64,000 nucleotides of DNA from positions 1,178,466 through 1,242,465 of the forward strand of contig BPGV01000001.1 of NCBI GenBank assembly GCA_026003215.1, written 5' to 3'. Below are positions 54,800 through 64,000 of the stretch, in pieces; the stretch's first letter is position 1, and each line of letters starts with the position of its first letter. The notes beneath the pieces are model-generated. The model saw only the letters and a list, made by a program, of their open reading frames with translations. It did not search any database and had not been told where the DNA came from. The stretch is from Bacteroidia bacterium (GTDB lineage Bacteria; Bacteroidota; Bacteroidia; SpSt-205). The translations under genes and the position numbers were made by a program.

Positions 54800-56711
54800 C
54801 GAGATACGGAAGGCCTATAAGGAGGATTTTCCAATCTAAGAGCACCGAATACCGATACGCATACATCAGGTCTATGCTAAATATGTGCGGATAGTGCTCC
54901 CGTAAAAGGTCTGTGGTGAGCACCCCTTCTTTGAGGAGAGGCATTTCTTCCGACGGAAACTCGCTATAACTTACAAAATGATAACGCCCCAGGAGCACAC
55001 CTATCAGGCTCCTCAGGGCTGCAATAGGGGCATGATACACCCAAAAAGTAAAGGGATACGCTAAAAGCAGAAATACTCCAGCAGCCAAATCAAATATTTT
55101 CTTTTGGAAAAGCACTTCCGGCTGATGCAGACGTAAGTATAAACGTACGGAGTTTCGGCTTACCAAGATGCTCTGGGGACCGATGAGATAATCAGCATAC
55201 GGGGGAATAATCTTGAAACTGAGCTTGCGGTAGAAGTAGCGCATCATGAGCGAGATAATCTCCTGGGAAGTAAGGCTTGCATTACAAAAGATGAGTTCAT
55301 CGGGGTTATATCGGTCTAAGAGGTAGGGGAGCTGAACGGGTGTGCCTATGGCCTCTTTATGCGGGCGCGGGCTGACAAAGCCCAAAAACTCGGCAGGATA
55401 GCGGATATCTTCAAATAAGAGCTTGCGCAAGCGGGCAAACTGGGTGGGCTCTGCTACGACAAGCACCCGATGCGAAAGGTCCCCAGTAAGGTGCAGGCGT
55501 CCTTTCCGAAGCCAGTTGTCTAAGGCCCGCACCGAAAGGGCAATAGGCACTGCCGCCACCGCCATGCTTAGCACCATAAAGCGTGAGACATTGATAGAAG
55601 GGAAGAGGTAGCTCACCACTACGATAAGCAGCAACCCTACCAATACAGCCCCCGCTATGCGGCGAATACGATAAGGCGGCGCATAGTTAAGAAAAAGTAT
55701 ATGAGCGAGTACAAAAGCAGCGGCATACCCTAACAAAGCCCATATTTCATAGTAGGGAAAGAAGCTTTTTCCCGAAAAATCCCGCCAAAAGTGAAACAAA
55801 GCAAGCCCTACTCCATACAGAGCGGCCCCCTCTACAATCGGTAGATAAATGTGCTGGAGCACACGCTTGAAAGCCGAAAAGACGCCCGCCGAAATAATCC
55901 CTATCTGATATAAGAAAGCCGCAGGCCAACGGCGCAGACCTTTGTAGTGTTTTTGCACAAACTGTAAAGATGCTTTATAAAAAGTAAGGACGTAGTTGAG
56001 CGAACGGGTCTTGGTACTTTCCCCTTTGAAGTGGATAATCTGCGTGGTAGGCAAGTAATAGTTTTTATAACCAGCCTGCAAGATGCGATAACATAAATCT
56101 ATATCTTCGGCATACATGAAGAAACGCTCATCTAAGAGGCCCACCTCTTCCAATACCCGGCGTGGTATGCACATAAACGCCCCTAAAAGCACCGGCACCT
56201 CGGCTATTTCATCTTCGGGTAGATAGGTAAAGTGATACCGACCCAAAAGACGACTTTTTGGGAAAAGTCTATAAAGGCCACTGAGCTTACAGAATATATT
56301 CCATGCAGAAGGAAGATCCCTACGCGAGTCCACAGAAAAACGACCTTGACCATCTATGATTTTTACTCCCACAGCTCCAGCTTCCGGATGTGCTTCTAAG
56401 AAACGAATGACCTCCCGAAAGGTATCCTCCTGCACGATAGTATCGGGGTTGAGCAGCAGGATATACTTCCCCTGAGCTAAGCGAATAGCTTGATTATTTG
56501 CCCGGGCAAAGCCCAGATTAATTTCATTAGCGATGACCTTGACCCAGGGGAACTCTTCCCGCACCATCTCCATGCTCCCATCTATAGAGGCGTTATCTAC
56601 CACCCATACTTCGCCATTTAGCCCTTCTAAGGCCCGCGCCACCGATTGCAAGCACTGCCGCAAAAAGTACTTGACATTATAGCTGACGATGATGACCGAG
56701 ATATCTATCAT
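54777..56711 (-). CDS. GT2 glycosyltransferase with C-terminal membrane and Rossmann-like domains
   Basis: ISVIIVSYNV, VDNAS.DGS, NLGFARANN, LLNPD, DERFFMYAEDIDLC, IHFKGEST. Confidence 0.9.
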   Translation of the reverse strand: MIDISVIIVSYNVKYFLRQCLQSVARALEGLNGEVWVVDNASIDGSMEMVREEFPWVKVIANEINLGFARANNQAIRLAQGKYILLLNPDTIVQEDTFREVIRFLEAHPEAGAVGVKIIDGQGRFSVDSRRDLPSAWNIFCKLSGLYRLFPKSRLLGRYHFTYLPEDEIAEVPVLLGAFMCIPRRVLEEVGLLDERFFMYAEDIDLCYRILQAGYKNYYLPTTQIIHFKGESTKTRSLNYVLTFYKASLQFVQKHYKGLRRWPAAFLYQIGIISAGVFSAFKRVLQHIYLPIVEGAALYGVGLALFHFWRDFSGKSFFPYYEIWALLGYAAAFVLAHILFLNYAPPYRIRRIAGAVLVGLLLIVVVSYLFPSINVSRFMVLSMAVAAVPIALSVRALDNWLRKGRLHLTGDLSHRVLVVAEPTQFARLRKLLFEDIRYPAEFLGFVSPRPHKEAIGTPVQLPYLLDRYNPDELIFCNASLTSQEIISLMMRYFYRKLSFKIIPPYADYLIGPQSILVSRNSVRLYLRLHQPEVLFQKKIFDLAAGVFLLLAYPFTFWVYHAPIAALRSLIGVLLGRYHFVSYSEFPSEEMPLLKEGVLTTDLLREHYPHIFSIDLMYAYRYSVLLDWKILLIGLPYLGALRKQK

Positions 56712-57319
56712 ACCGAGAAGGGTTGGCGTTCACGCAGAGAACGGGAAAGGGTGAGTGGGTCTACGTATTCCAAGTCACTGCCGACAGGGATGCCGCTGGC
56801 AAAACGAGTGATGCGCCCGGGCCAATCTGCCAGCTGTCGGGCAATATAGTAGGCGGTAGTTTCGGCTTCTGGGCTGGTCCCCAAGGCTAAGATGACCTCT
56901 TGATACCCGTCACGGCGCAGGCGGTCCCAGAGTGGAGCTAAGCGCAGGTCTTTTTCTTGAATGCCTGCCAGCGGGTCTAATACCCCCCCTAAAACATGAT
57001 ACCGTCCGCGAAAAGCCTGGCTGCGTTCTATGGCCAGCACATCGCCCGCCTCCTTGACTACACAGAGGATAGGCTCGTCTCGGGCAGGGTCAGCGCAAAT
57101 AGCACATACGGGCTGGGGGCCTTCTGCCCAAAAACCACAGTAGGTGCAAGGGGCTACCTTCTCCACTACTTGGGTCAGGGCTTCTGCAAGCTGGACTTGG
57201 AGGGTAGGCTGGCGTAATAGCGATTGAAGTATCCGTAGTGCACTCCGCGGGCCTATGCCCGGAAGCTTCTCTAAAAGCTCACGCAACGCCTCTACGGGTG
57301 CGGGAAGCACTGTAGCCAT
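56708..57319 (-). CDS. recR: recombination mediator RecR
   Basis: LPGIGPRSA.R, CxxC..CxxC zinc finger, YHVLGG, EVILA, GIPVGSDLEYVD. Confidence 0.96.
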   Translation of the reverse strand: MATVLPAPVEALRELLEKLPGIGPRSALRILQSLLRQPTLQVQLAEALTQVVEKVAPCTYCGFWAEGPQPVCAICADPARDEPILCVVKEAGDVLAIERSQAFRGRYHVLGGVLDPLAGIQEKDLRLAPLWDRLRRDGYQEVILALGTSPEAETTAYYIARQLADWPGRITRFASGIPVGSDLEYVDPLTLSRSLRERQPFSV

Positions 57320-57341
57320 GGGTATTGCGCAAAGCTAAAGC

Positions 57342-57369
57342 AAAAAAGCCGCCCTCTTACGAAGGCGGC
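57342..57369 (-). terminator. Rho-independent terminator after clpB
   Basis: GCCGCC stem with a T6 run on the - strand. Confidence 0.75.
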
Positions 57370-57395
57370 CAAAAGTTGGGATTTTTCCGCAGTTT

Positions 57396-60020
57396 TCAGG
57401 AGGAGACGGCCTCTGAAGTAGCCACAGGGGTAAAGAATATCACGCCCTCAACTTGGCGTATCATTACCCGGCTACCGGGTGCGATCTCTCCGCTGAGGAG
57501 CTTTTCAGCCAGTGGGTTTAGGATAAGGCTTTGGATAGCTCGCTTAAGCGGCCGAGCCCCAAACTGCACATCGTACCCTACTTCTGCCAGGTACTCTACC
57601 ACCTCCGGCTCCCATTCCAGCATGATATCTTGTTCTTGGAGGCGCTGGGCTACTTGCTGAAGCTGCAGCTTCACAATCTCCCGCAAGAGGGCCGGCGTGA
57701 GCGGCTCAAAGAGCACTATCTCATCTATGCGGTTGAGAAACTCCGGCCTAAAGCCGCGCTTAAGCAGCTCCATAACTTCCTTGCGCAGCTCCTCCATGAC
57801 CGCGTCTTTCTCTTCAGGGCGAATGCCGGCCAGCCGATCCATAATCAGATGGGCGCCAATATTAGAGGTCATGATGATGAGCGTATTTTTGAAGTTCACC
57901 ACGCGCCCCTTGCTGTCGGTGAGGCGGCCGTCATCCAAGACCTGCAAGAGAATATTGAACACATCCGGATGCGCTTTTTCGATTTCGTCCAGGAGAATGA
58001 CGCTGTAGGGGCGACGGCGTATGGCTTCCGTAAGCTGGCCGCCTTCTTCATAGCCGACATAGCCCGGGGGGGCTCCAATAAGCCGACTTACGGAATGCTT
58101 CTCTTGATACTCGGACATGTCAATGCGCACCATGGCCTGCTCGGAGTTGAAGAGGGCTTCAGCTAAGGCTTTGGCCAACTCCGTTTTACCTACGCCTGTC
58201 GGCCCGATAAAGAGGAAAGAACCAATCGGCCGATTGGGGTCTTGAATGCCGGCGCGGCTGCGACGGATAGCGTTAGCCACCGCGCGAATGGCTTCGTCTT
58301 GGCCTACCACCCGCTGATGCAGAAGGTCTTCTAAATGGAGAAGCTTTTCCCGTTCAGACTGGAGCATCTTGGAGACAGGTATGCCGGTCCAGCGGCTTAC
58401 GACCGCCGCTATATCCTCCGCGGTAACCTCCTCTCGGAGGAGACGCTGCCCCTTGGCGGCTAAGGCATTGAGGCGCTCGGTGAGTTCTTCTATTTTCTTT
58501 TCTGCGGCGGGGATACGCCCATAGCGGATTTCTGCGGCTTTCCCCCAATCCATTTGCCTTTCGGCATATTCGGCTTCTACGCGGAGCTGTTCTATTTCTT
58601 CTCGGGTAGCACGGATTTCGGCCAAGAGATTCTTTTCGGCTTCCCACTGCGCCCGGAGCTCTTGGCGCTTTTGGTACAGCTCTTCCAGCTGGCGGGCGAT
58701 CTCCGCTACCTTGCGCTCATCCTTTTCTATTTTGAGGGCTTCGCGTTCTACCTCCAGCTGACGGATGCGCCGCTCCAGCTCATCTAAGGGCTCCGGCAGG
58801 GAATCTATGGCCAGCCGCAGCCGAGCTGCCGCTTCATCTATTAGGTCTATGGCCTTGTCGGGCAAAAAGCGGTCCGTAATATAGCGATGGGACAGCTCCG
58901 CCGCAGCTACAATCGCCTCATCGGTGATGCGGATACCGTGATGCACCTCATACCGCTCTTTCAGCCCCCGCAGGATAGAGATAGTTTCCTCTACCGAAGG
59001 CTCATCTACGTACACAGGCTGGAAGCGCCGTTCTAAGGCCTTGTCCTTCTCTATATACTTTTGGTATTCGTCCAGGGTAGTGGCGCCGATCACGCGCAGC
59101 TCACCCCGAGCTAAGGCCGGCTTGAGGATATTACCGGCGTCCATAGCCCCCTCGGCCTTGCCTGCACCAATCAGGTTATGCAGCTCGTCTATAAAGAGAA
59201 TGATTTGGCCTTCGGACTGCACCACTTCTTGGACGACGGCTTTGAGGCGCTCCTCAAACTGCCCCCGGTACATAGCCCCCGCCAAAAGCGCTGCCATGTC
59301 CAGGGCAAATAGGCGCTTATTCTTGAGGTTTTCGGGTACATCGCCTAAGGCTATGCGCTGGGCTATTCCTTCTACGATAGCGGTTTTCCCTACGCCGGGG
59401 TGACCTATGAGCACAGGATTATTTTTAGTGCGGCGGGCCAGGATTTGGAGGGTGCGACGAATCTCCTCATCCCGACCAATCACTGGGTCCAGCTTCCCCT
59501 TCCGCGCCAGATCCGTAAGGTCCACTGCGTACCGTTGCAGCGCGTTGAACTTCTCCTCGGCCGAAGGGTCCGTTACTTTACGGCCGCCGCGCAGCTCCTG
59601 AATAGCCTTTTCTATCGCCGAGGTACTCAGGCCTTGATCTTTGAGCAGGCGGCCAATAGCGTCTTTGCTTTCGCTGAGCCCCAGCCAGAGGTGCTCCACG
59701 CTGGCGTAAGAGTCTTTCATGCGGCTTGCGTAGGCCAGGGATTTTTGTAGGACTTCGTTTAGAGTGGGGCCTAAACCGGGCGTACCCGCTGGTCCCGTTA
59801 GCTTAGGCTGTTCGCTGAGCCACTTTTGCGCCTGCTGGAGGAGATAGTTTTGGTTTGCTCCTACTTTTTGGATAAGATAGGGCGTTATGGCTTCATCTTT
59901 CTGCAAAAGAGCCAGCAAAAGGTGCCCACTTTCTACGGTAGGATGGGTATGACCTTGGGCGATTTCCACAGCGTGCTGGAGCGCCTCTTGCGCTCGCACC
60001 GTAAATTGGTTCCAGTTCAT
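57396..60020 (-). CDS. clpB: ATP-dependent chaperone ClpB
   Basis: [18 protein letters not shown], middle coiled coil with [33 protein letters not shown]. Confidence 0.97.
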   Translation of the reverse strand: MNWNQFTVRAQEALQHAVEIAQGHTHPTVESGHLLLALLQKDEAITPYLIQKVGANQNYLLQQAQKWLSEQPKLTGPAGTPGLGPTLNEVLQKSLAYASRMKDSYASVEHLWLGLSESKDAIGRLLKDQGLSTSAIEKAIQELRGGRKVTDPSAEEKFNALQRYAVDLTDLARKGKLDPVIGRDEEIRRTLQILARRTKNNPVLIGHPGVGKTAIVEGIAQRIALGDVPENLKNKRLFALDMAALLAGAMYRGQFEERLKAVVQEVVQSEGQIILFIDELHNLIGAGKAEGAMDAGNILKPALARGELRVIGATTLDEYQKYIEKDKALERRFQPVYVDEPSVEETISILRGLKERYEVHHGIRITDEAIVAAAELSHRYITDRFLPDKAIDLIDEAAARLRLAIDSLPEPLDELERRIRQLEVEREALKIEKDERKVAEIARQLEELYQKRQELRAQWEAEKNLLAEIRATREEIEQLRVEAEYAERQMDWGKAAEIRYGRIPAAEKKIEELTERLNALAAKGQRLLREEVTAEDIAAVVSRWTGIPVSKMLQSEREKLLHLEDLLHQRVVGQDEAIRAVANAIRRSRAGIQDPNRPIGSFLFIGPTGVGKTELAKALAEALFNSEQAMVRIDMSEYQEKHSVSRLIGAPPGYVGYEEGGQLTEAIRRRPYSVILLDEIEKAHPDVFNILLQVLDDGRLTDSKGRVVNFKNTLIIMTSNIGAHLIMDRLAGIRPEEKDAVMEELRKEVMELLKRGFRPEFLNRIDEIVLFEPLTPALLREIVKLQLQQVAQRLQEQDIMLEWEPEVVEYLAEVGYDVQFGARPLKRAIQSLILNPLAEKLLSGEIAPGSRVMIRQVEGVIFFTPVATSEAVSS

Positions 60021-60034
60021 GGGGGAAGGAAAGA

Positions 60035-60075
60035 GCAAAGGTTAGGCCATGCCAAAATGACACCAAAAACTGTCA
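60035..60075 (-). promoter_or_regulatory. putative sigma54-type promoter and TGACA-N8-TGTCA inverted repeat upstream of clpB
   Basis: - strand TGGCCTAACCTTTGC (GG-N10-GC) at 60035-60049; TGACACCAAAAACTGTCA at 60058-60075. Confidence 0.5.
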
Positions 60076-60078
60076 AGG

Positions 60079-60885
60079 TTATGCGGAGGGGGCCAGGGCT
60101 GCTTCTCTCAGGACAGCCCGGAGGGCTTCATGGGCCCAGGGACTGCCTGCTAAGATGCTCCCCTCCCACAGGTACCCTTCCCCCCCCGCAAAGTCGGTGA
60201 CGACTCCGCCGGCTTCTTGGACGAGGAGGCTACCGGCGGCCACATCCCAAGGGTTGAGGTCCATTTCAAAGAAGACATCCATGCGGCCTGCGGCCACATA
60301 GGCCAGGTCCAGCGCTGCAGAACCTAACCGCCGCAGCCCCCCGAAGCGGCGCATCACTTCATTCAAGGCCCTAAAGTACCGCTCGGCCCGCTCAGGGTTC
60401 TTATACATGAAACCCGTCACCACTAAAAGCTTATCAGGGTCGGCCGTGTCACTTACGGAAAGTCGCTCTTTCTCTCGATAGGCGCCACTGCCCCGCACCG
60501 CCCAAAAGGCTTCGTCCTGTTCCACAGCGTACACTACTCCTGCCACAGGCTGGCGCTTGTGTAGGAGGGCCACGCTTATCCCGTACAGGGGTATGCCATG
60601 CACGAAGTTTTTTGTGCCATCCAGGGGGTCTATCACCCAGACAAAGGGCTTTTCTTGGGCTTCTCCGCCGCTTTCTTCCAATATAAAGCCGGCTTCGGGT
60701 AGGAGGCGGGCGCAGCGCTCTTGCAGCATAGCCTCCGCGGTCCTATCTACATACGAGACCGGGTCGCGTGCCGTTTTATATTCCGCATCCCGACGCGAGA
60801 AGCGCCGAAACTCATCGCGGAGATAGGCGCCCACTTCGCGCACTATGCGGAGGAGCGCCGGGATCGCCACCACTGTATCCCCCAT
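60079..60885 (-). CDS. suhB: inositol monophosphatase family protein
   Basis: EES, WVIDPLDGTKNFVHG, RRLGSAALDLAYVAAGR, PWDVAAG. Confidence 0.92.
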   Translation of the reverse strand: MGDTVVAIPALLRIVREVGAYLRDEFRRFSRRDAEYKTARDPVSYVDRTAEAMLQERCARLLPEAGFILEESGGEAQEKPFVWVIDPLDGTKNFVHGIPLYGISVALLHKRQPVAGVVYAVEQDEAFWAVRGSGAYREKERLSVSDTADPDKLLVVTGFMYKNPERAERYFRALNEVMRRFGGLRRLGSAALDLAYVAAGRMDVFFEMDLNPWDVAAGSLLVQEAGGVVTDFAGGEGYLWEGSILAGSPWAHEALRAVLREAALAPSA

Positions 60886-62465
60886 AGGATGAGCACAAAG
60901 GTAAGTAGGCCCCCCAGTACCCCCCCGCCAAAACGATAATAAAAAGAGGTTGGCATTTGCGGGGTAAGGTGTGCGTGGATGCGCCCCAGTTGGTCGTAGG
61001 GCATAGAAGCGATAGGGTCGCCCTCGGCCGTGAGCAAAGCTGAGATGCCGGTATTAGCGCCACGTACGGCCGGCACGCCTAAGGCCGCCGCAGTGAGCCG
61101 CCCGTAGGTATAATGCTGCTGATAACCACTGCTTTTTTTCCACCAGCCATCGTTGGTGAGAATGGCGATAAGGCTGGGGGCCTCCGGCAGACGCCGCCGC
61201 ATATCCTCCACAAAAATGCTCTCGTAACATACCGCTACCGCCACAGGCAGATTGTCCGGGTAGAGGAAGAGCGGCCCCTGTGTTACGGGCCGCCCAAAGC
61301 TCCCAAACCCACCCCCTAAGTCAATATACCAGCCTTTCAAAAACGAAAAGACTTCTAAATAAGGTACCCGTTCTACAAAGGGCACAAGCCTATCTTTGAT
61401 ATGCACTTGGAAAGTATCCGGTCGGATGAGGAGAGCTGCATTGTACATTTCATAACCGCCGCCTTCGGGCATCGGGCGCGCCGAAGCTGGGAGAGGCATA
61501 CCAGGCGAGAAGTACTTGTATCCCACTACGCCTAAAAGGACATTTACGCGGTAGCGCTCCGCATACGCAAAGAAGGGCCGCAAAAAGGGTTCGGTGCGTG
61601 GGTGGTCTATGCTTACAGGCAAGGGAATAACCGTTTCTGGGCCTACGATAAGGCTACCCGGCGGAGGGGCTAAGGGCAAGAGCCCCAAAAGCCTTTCTAC
61701 CTGCTTTTCTGGGGAGAACTCCGCAAACTTGGCATAAGGGTCAATGTTCGGTTGCATAGCCCATACCGACCGAGGCATACCAGAACGCCCAGAGAAAGAA
61801 GGTGGAAAGAGCCCCATACCCAACGTGAGGAGGAACCACAGACCGATGGCCCCCCATTTCCCCCGGCTGGTGCCCAGCTCCCGCCAAAGAGCTATGCCTA
61901 TCAAGGTCCAGACCGAAAGTCCTATGGGGCCAAAGACGGAAGCCAGATTACGTCCTATCTCCCACGCGCTCCAAGCCCACCCTAAGGTAAGCCAACCCCA
62001 AGACAGCTCCCAGCGAAAGTGAAAAACTTCAAACACACCCCACAAAAAGATAAACAACCATACGGGGGTAGGGGAGCCCAGCTTCTGGCCGAGCGAGCGC
62101 GCGCCCCACCACGGCAGGAGCATAAGAAGCGGATTCACGAGGATGGCCAGGGCCCCCGCCAGGAAACTCACGAGGGCTTCGGTGGGGGAAGGGGCACTCA
62201 GCGCCGTGAGCGTGAGCCAGTAGCAGGTAAGGAGGTTCCAGAGAAAGAGGCCCCAGTATAACGGCTTGTAGGGCCGGTGCCCTTCGCCTATGCGCCAGAG
62301 GAGGAGCCAAGCCGGCCACAGGAGCCAGGTTTGAGCCAGCGGCGGGAAAGCGCCCGCCAAAGCTATTCCCGCCAGTGTCGCCGCCTTATAAGGACTCCGT
62401 GTAGGAAGCGCCTGCCACCAAGAGAACCACCTCGCCACGCGGGGGAGTTGCGCTGAAGTAGGCAT
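60843..62465 (-). CDS. lnt: apolipoprotein N-acyltransferase
   Basis: TM N-half; QPNIDPY.K, GPET, YNAA, K..LVPFVE, VCYES, TNDGWW, ANTGIS. Confidence 0.93.
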   Translation of the reverse strand: MPTSAQLPRVARWFSWWQALPTRSPYKAATLAGIALAGAFPPLAQTWLLWPAWLLLWRIGEGHRPYKPLYWGLFLWNLLTCYWLTLTALSAPSPTEALVSFLAGALAILVNPLLMLLPWWGARSLGQKLGSPTPVWLFIFLWGVFEVFHFRWELSWGWLTLGWAWSAWEIGRNLASVFGPIGLSVWTLIGIALWRELGTSRGKWGAIGLWFLLTLGMGLFPPSFSGRSGMPRSVWAMQPNIDPYAKFAEFSPEKQVERLLGLLPLAPPPGSLIVGPETVIPLPVSIDHPRTEPFLRPFFAYAERYRVNVLLGVVGYKYFSPGMPLPASARPMPEGGGYEMYNAALLIRPDTFQVHIKDRLVPFVERVPYLEVFSFLKGWYIDLGGGFGSFGRPVTQGPLFLYPDNLPVAVAVCYESIFVEDMRRRLPEAPSLIAILTNDGWWKKSSGYQQHYTYGRLTAAALGVPAVRGANTGISALLTAEGDPIASMPYDQLGRIHAHLTPQMPTSFYYRFGGGVLGGLLTFVLILWGIQWWRSRRSSA

Positions 62466-63075
62466 AAAGCTCGGCTAAGGTACCACGCCGTACCTCTTCG
62501 TGCAGTTTGGTAAGCTCCCGAGCCACGCAGGCCAGACGCGCTTCACCCCACGTTTCTTTAAGGAGGCTCAAGGTCCGCACCAGCCGCAGAGGCGACTCAT
62601 ACCAGATGAGGGTGCGTTCTTCGTGGCGAAGAGCTTCCAGATAGGCTTTTTGGCCCCGGCGGGGAAAGAAACCCTCAAAAGCAAACCGATGAGACGGCAA
62701 GCCACTGGCTATCAGGGCTGTAAGAAACGCCGATGGCCCCGGTAGCACATATACCGGGATGCCCCGCCGATGCGCTTCTCGGATAGGCAAATACCCCGGA
62801 TCAGCAATCCCCGGCATACCGCTATCGGTGAGCAGCCCTACCCGCCATTGGTGACGCACAGCTTCATGAAAAAGCCGCTCCAGCACCTTATGCTCGTTAT
62901 ACGCATGTAAGGCGCGGAGCGGCTTACCTGAGATGCCGTAATGGGCCAGAAGCTTCTGGCTATGGCGCGTATCCTCACACCATAGCACATCCACCTCTTG
63001 GAGGACTTTATGGGCACGATAGGTAAGGTCCTCCAAGTGCCCAATCGGGGTGGGGATAACCCACAGCCCCTGCAC
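62386..63075 (-). CDS. rsmI: 16S rRNA (cytidine(1402)-2'-O)-methyltransferase
   Basis: PTPIGHLEDLTYRA, CEDTRHS, DSGMPGIADPG, PGPSA, YESP.R, RELTKLHEE. Confidence 0.95.
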   Translation of the reverse strand: MQGLWVIPTPIGHLEDLTYRAHKVLQEVDVLWCEDTRHSQKLLAHYGISGKPLRALHAYNEHKVLERLFHEAVRHQWRVGLLTDSGMPGIADPGYLPIREAHRRGIPVYVLPGPSAFLTALIASGLPSHRFAFEGFFPRRGQKAYLEALRHEERTLIWYESPLRLVRTLSLLKETWGEARLACVARELTKLHEEVRRGTLAELYAYFSATPPRGEVVLLVAGASYTESL

Positions 63076-63086
63076 TTACGCCCACC

Positions 63087-63611
63087 TTACTTTTTCCCGC
63101 CAGAACGCCCCTTGGCGGCTGGACCCCGACGGCGAGCAGGGGTGCTCCCCTCCGTAGAAGGCACCGGCACACCCCGATTAATCGGCGTGTCCAGCACCAT
63201 TTCCACCTCAGTCCGATCGGATTTGAGATCCTGCGCAAAAAACTGAAGGAGACCATGCAGGTCATTCACATCTCGTAGGTACGCATACACCAAAAGGTTC
63301 ATGCTACCTGTGAGTACATGCACAGTCCCTACATCAGACCGCCCCTCTAACGCCTTTATGGCTTTGGCCAGATCCGGCACATGCAAACGCGCCGCAGCTA
63401 CCAAGGAATAGCCCAACTTCTTTGCATCCAAGAGGAGCTGCGCACCTTTGATGACTCCTGCTTCCTTAAGCCGCTGAACCCGCAAATAAATGGTGCCAAT
63501 AGATACGCCGACCTTGTCTTTGACTTTGGCGTACGACTCTAACGGATTTTCAGCAAGGGCCTTCAACAGCTGGAGATCCAGCTGGTCCAGGGTTTGACTT
63601 CGCTTTCGCAT
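63087..63611 (-). CDS. Lrp/AsnC family transcriptional regulator
   Basis: LDQLDLQLLKAL..N...SY...KVGVS.GTI..RVQRLKEAGVIKG HTH; AsnC ligand domain. Confidence 0.9.
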   Translation of the reverse strand: MRKRSQTLDQLDLQLLKALAENPLESYAKVKDKVGVSIGTIYLRVQRLKEAGVIKGAQLLLDAKKLGYSLVAAARLHVPDLAKAIKALEGRSDVGTVHVLTGSMNLLVYAYLRDVNDLHGLLQFFAQDLKSDRTEVEMVLDTPINRGVPVPSTEGSTPARRRGPAAKGRSGGKK

Positions 63612-63767
63612 AGGCTTTGTGCGTTTTTGGAGTAAAACAAAATCTCCGCCGACAAAGTTACGACTTTTGAGAGATATACAACTCGGCAATTTTTCCGAAC
63701 AAAAGCCATATTTCTTTCCGCCACAGGGGCAGCCCCCTAAATCCGAACTTCTCCTTAGCTTTGCTCC

Positions 63768-64000
63768 ATGTTTCCCCTCATTTCCCAACCCATCAGGAGT
63801 AACCTCACCGACACCGTGTATGCTAACCTCTCTACCTCCGAACTGATTGAACACACCCTTCGCGCAGGGCAGGGCGCCTTAGCAGATAACGGCGCCTTAG
63901 TCGTGCGCACGGGTGAGTTTACAGGCCGAGCCCCCAAGGACAAGTTTGTGGTGCGCGACGCTTTCACCGAGGACCTCATTTGGTGGGGCGAAGTCAATAA
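63768..64000 (+). CDS. pckA: phosphoenolpyruvate carboxykinase (ATP), 3'-truncated by window edge
   Basis: Translated by hand: MFPLIS...NLSTSELIEH...GALVVRTGEFTGRAPKDKFVVRD.FTEDLIWWGEVN. Confidence 0.92.
   Translation, partial: MFPLISQPIRSNLTDTVYANLSTSELIEHTLRAGQGALADNGALVVRTGEFTGRAPKDKFVVRDAFTEDLIWWGEVN

Noticed and set aside
57531-59750. Long + strand ORFs opposite clpB
   Set aside because: These are typical antisense shadows of a conserved GC-rich gene and have no motifs.
63612-63854. N-terminal extension of the Lrp ORF
   Set aside because: It covers the intergenic promoter region and overlaps pckA on the other strand. The HTH begins after ATG 63611.
1-64000. CRISPR array, rRNA, riboswitch or long non-coding element
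   Set aside because: The intergenic gaps are short (the longest is about 155 bp at 63612-63767). I saw no regularly spaced repeats or recognisable structured RNA beyond the two tRNAs and the terminators.

Overview
This is a gene-dense, GC-rich stretch of chromosome, most likely from a thermophilic Bacteroidota. The evidence is TAnnTTTG -7 promoters, a T9SS-type C-terminal domain, DUF4197/DUF5683 proteins, a ba3-type oxidase and a Thermus-like TrmH. It is mostly housekeeping: kdtA, aroC, nifU/mrp, purE, trmH, PGM/PMM, nuoD, asnB, recJ, recN, argS, two queA paralogs, pyrC, a BamA/TamA protein, ispD, tRNA-Met/tRNA-Pro, recR, clpB, suhB, lnt, rsmI, an Lrp regulator and the 5' part of pckA. It also carries envelope glycosyltransferases, an HK/REC/REC-PP2C signalling cluster, and a complete ba3 oxidase operon that includes an uncalled subunit IIa. 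The clearest accessory element is an AT-rich, frameshift-split orphan gene at 6303-7453, coupled to purE. It combines a NucS-like PD-(D/E)xK nuclease with two winged-helix-like domains and has no methyltransferase, so it is a candidate modification-dependent defence nuclease. Window-wide signals are apparent leaderless transcription and host avoidance of TCGA and CTAG. I saw no CRISPR array, integrase, transposase or rRNA. All family assignments come from motif recognition by eye, not from database searches.
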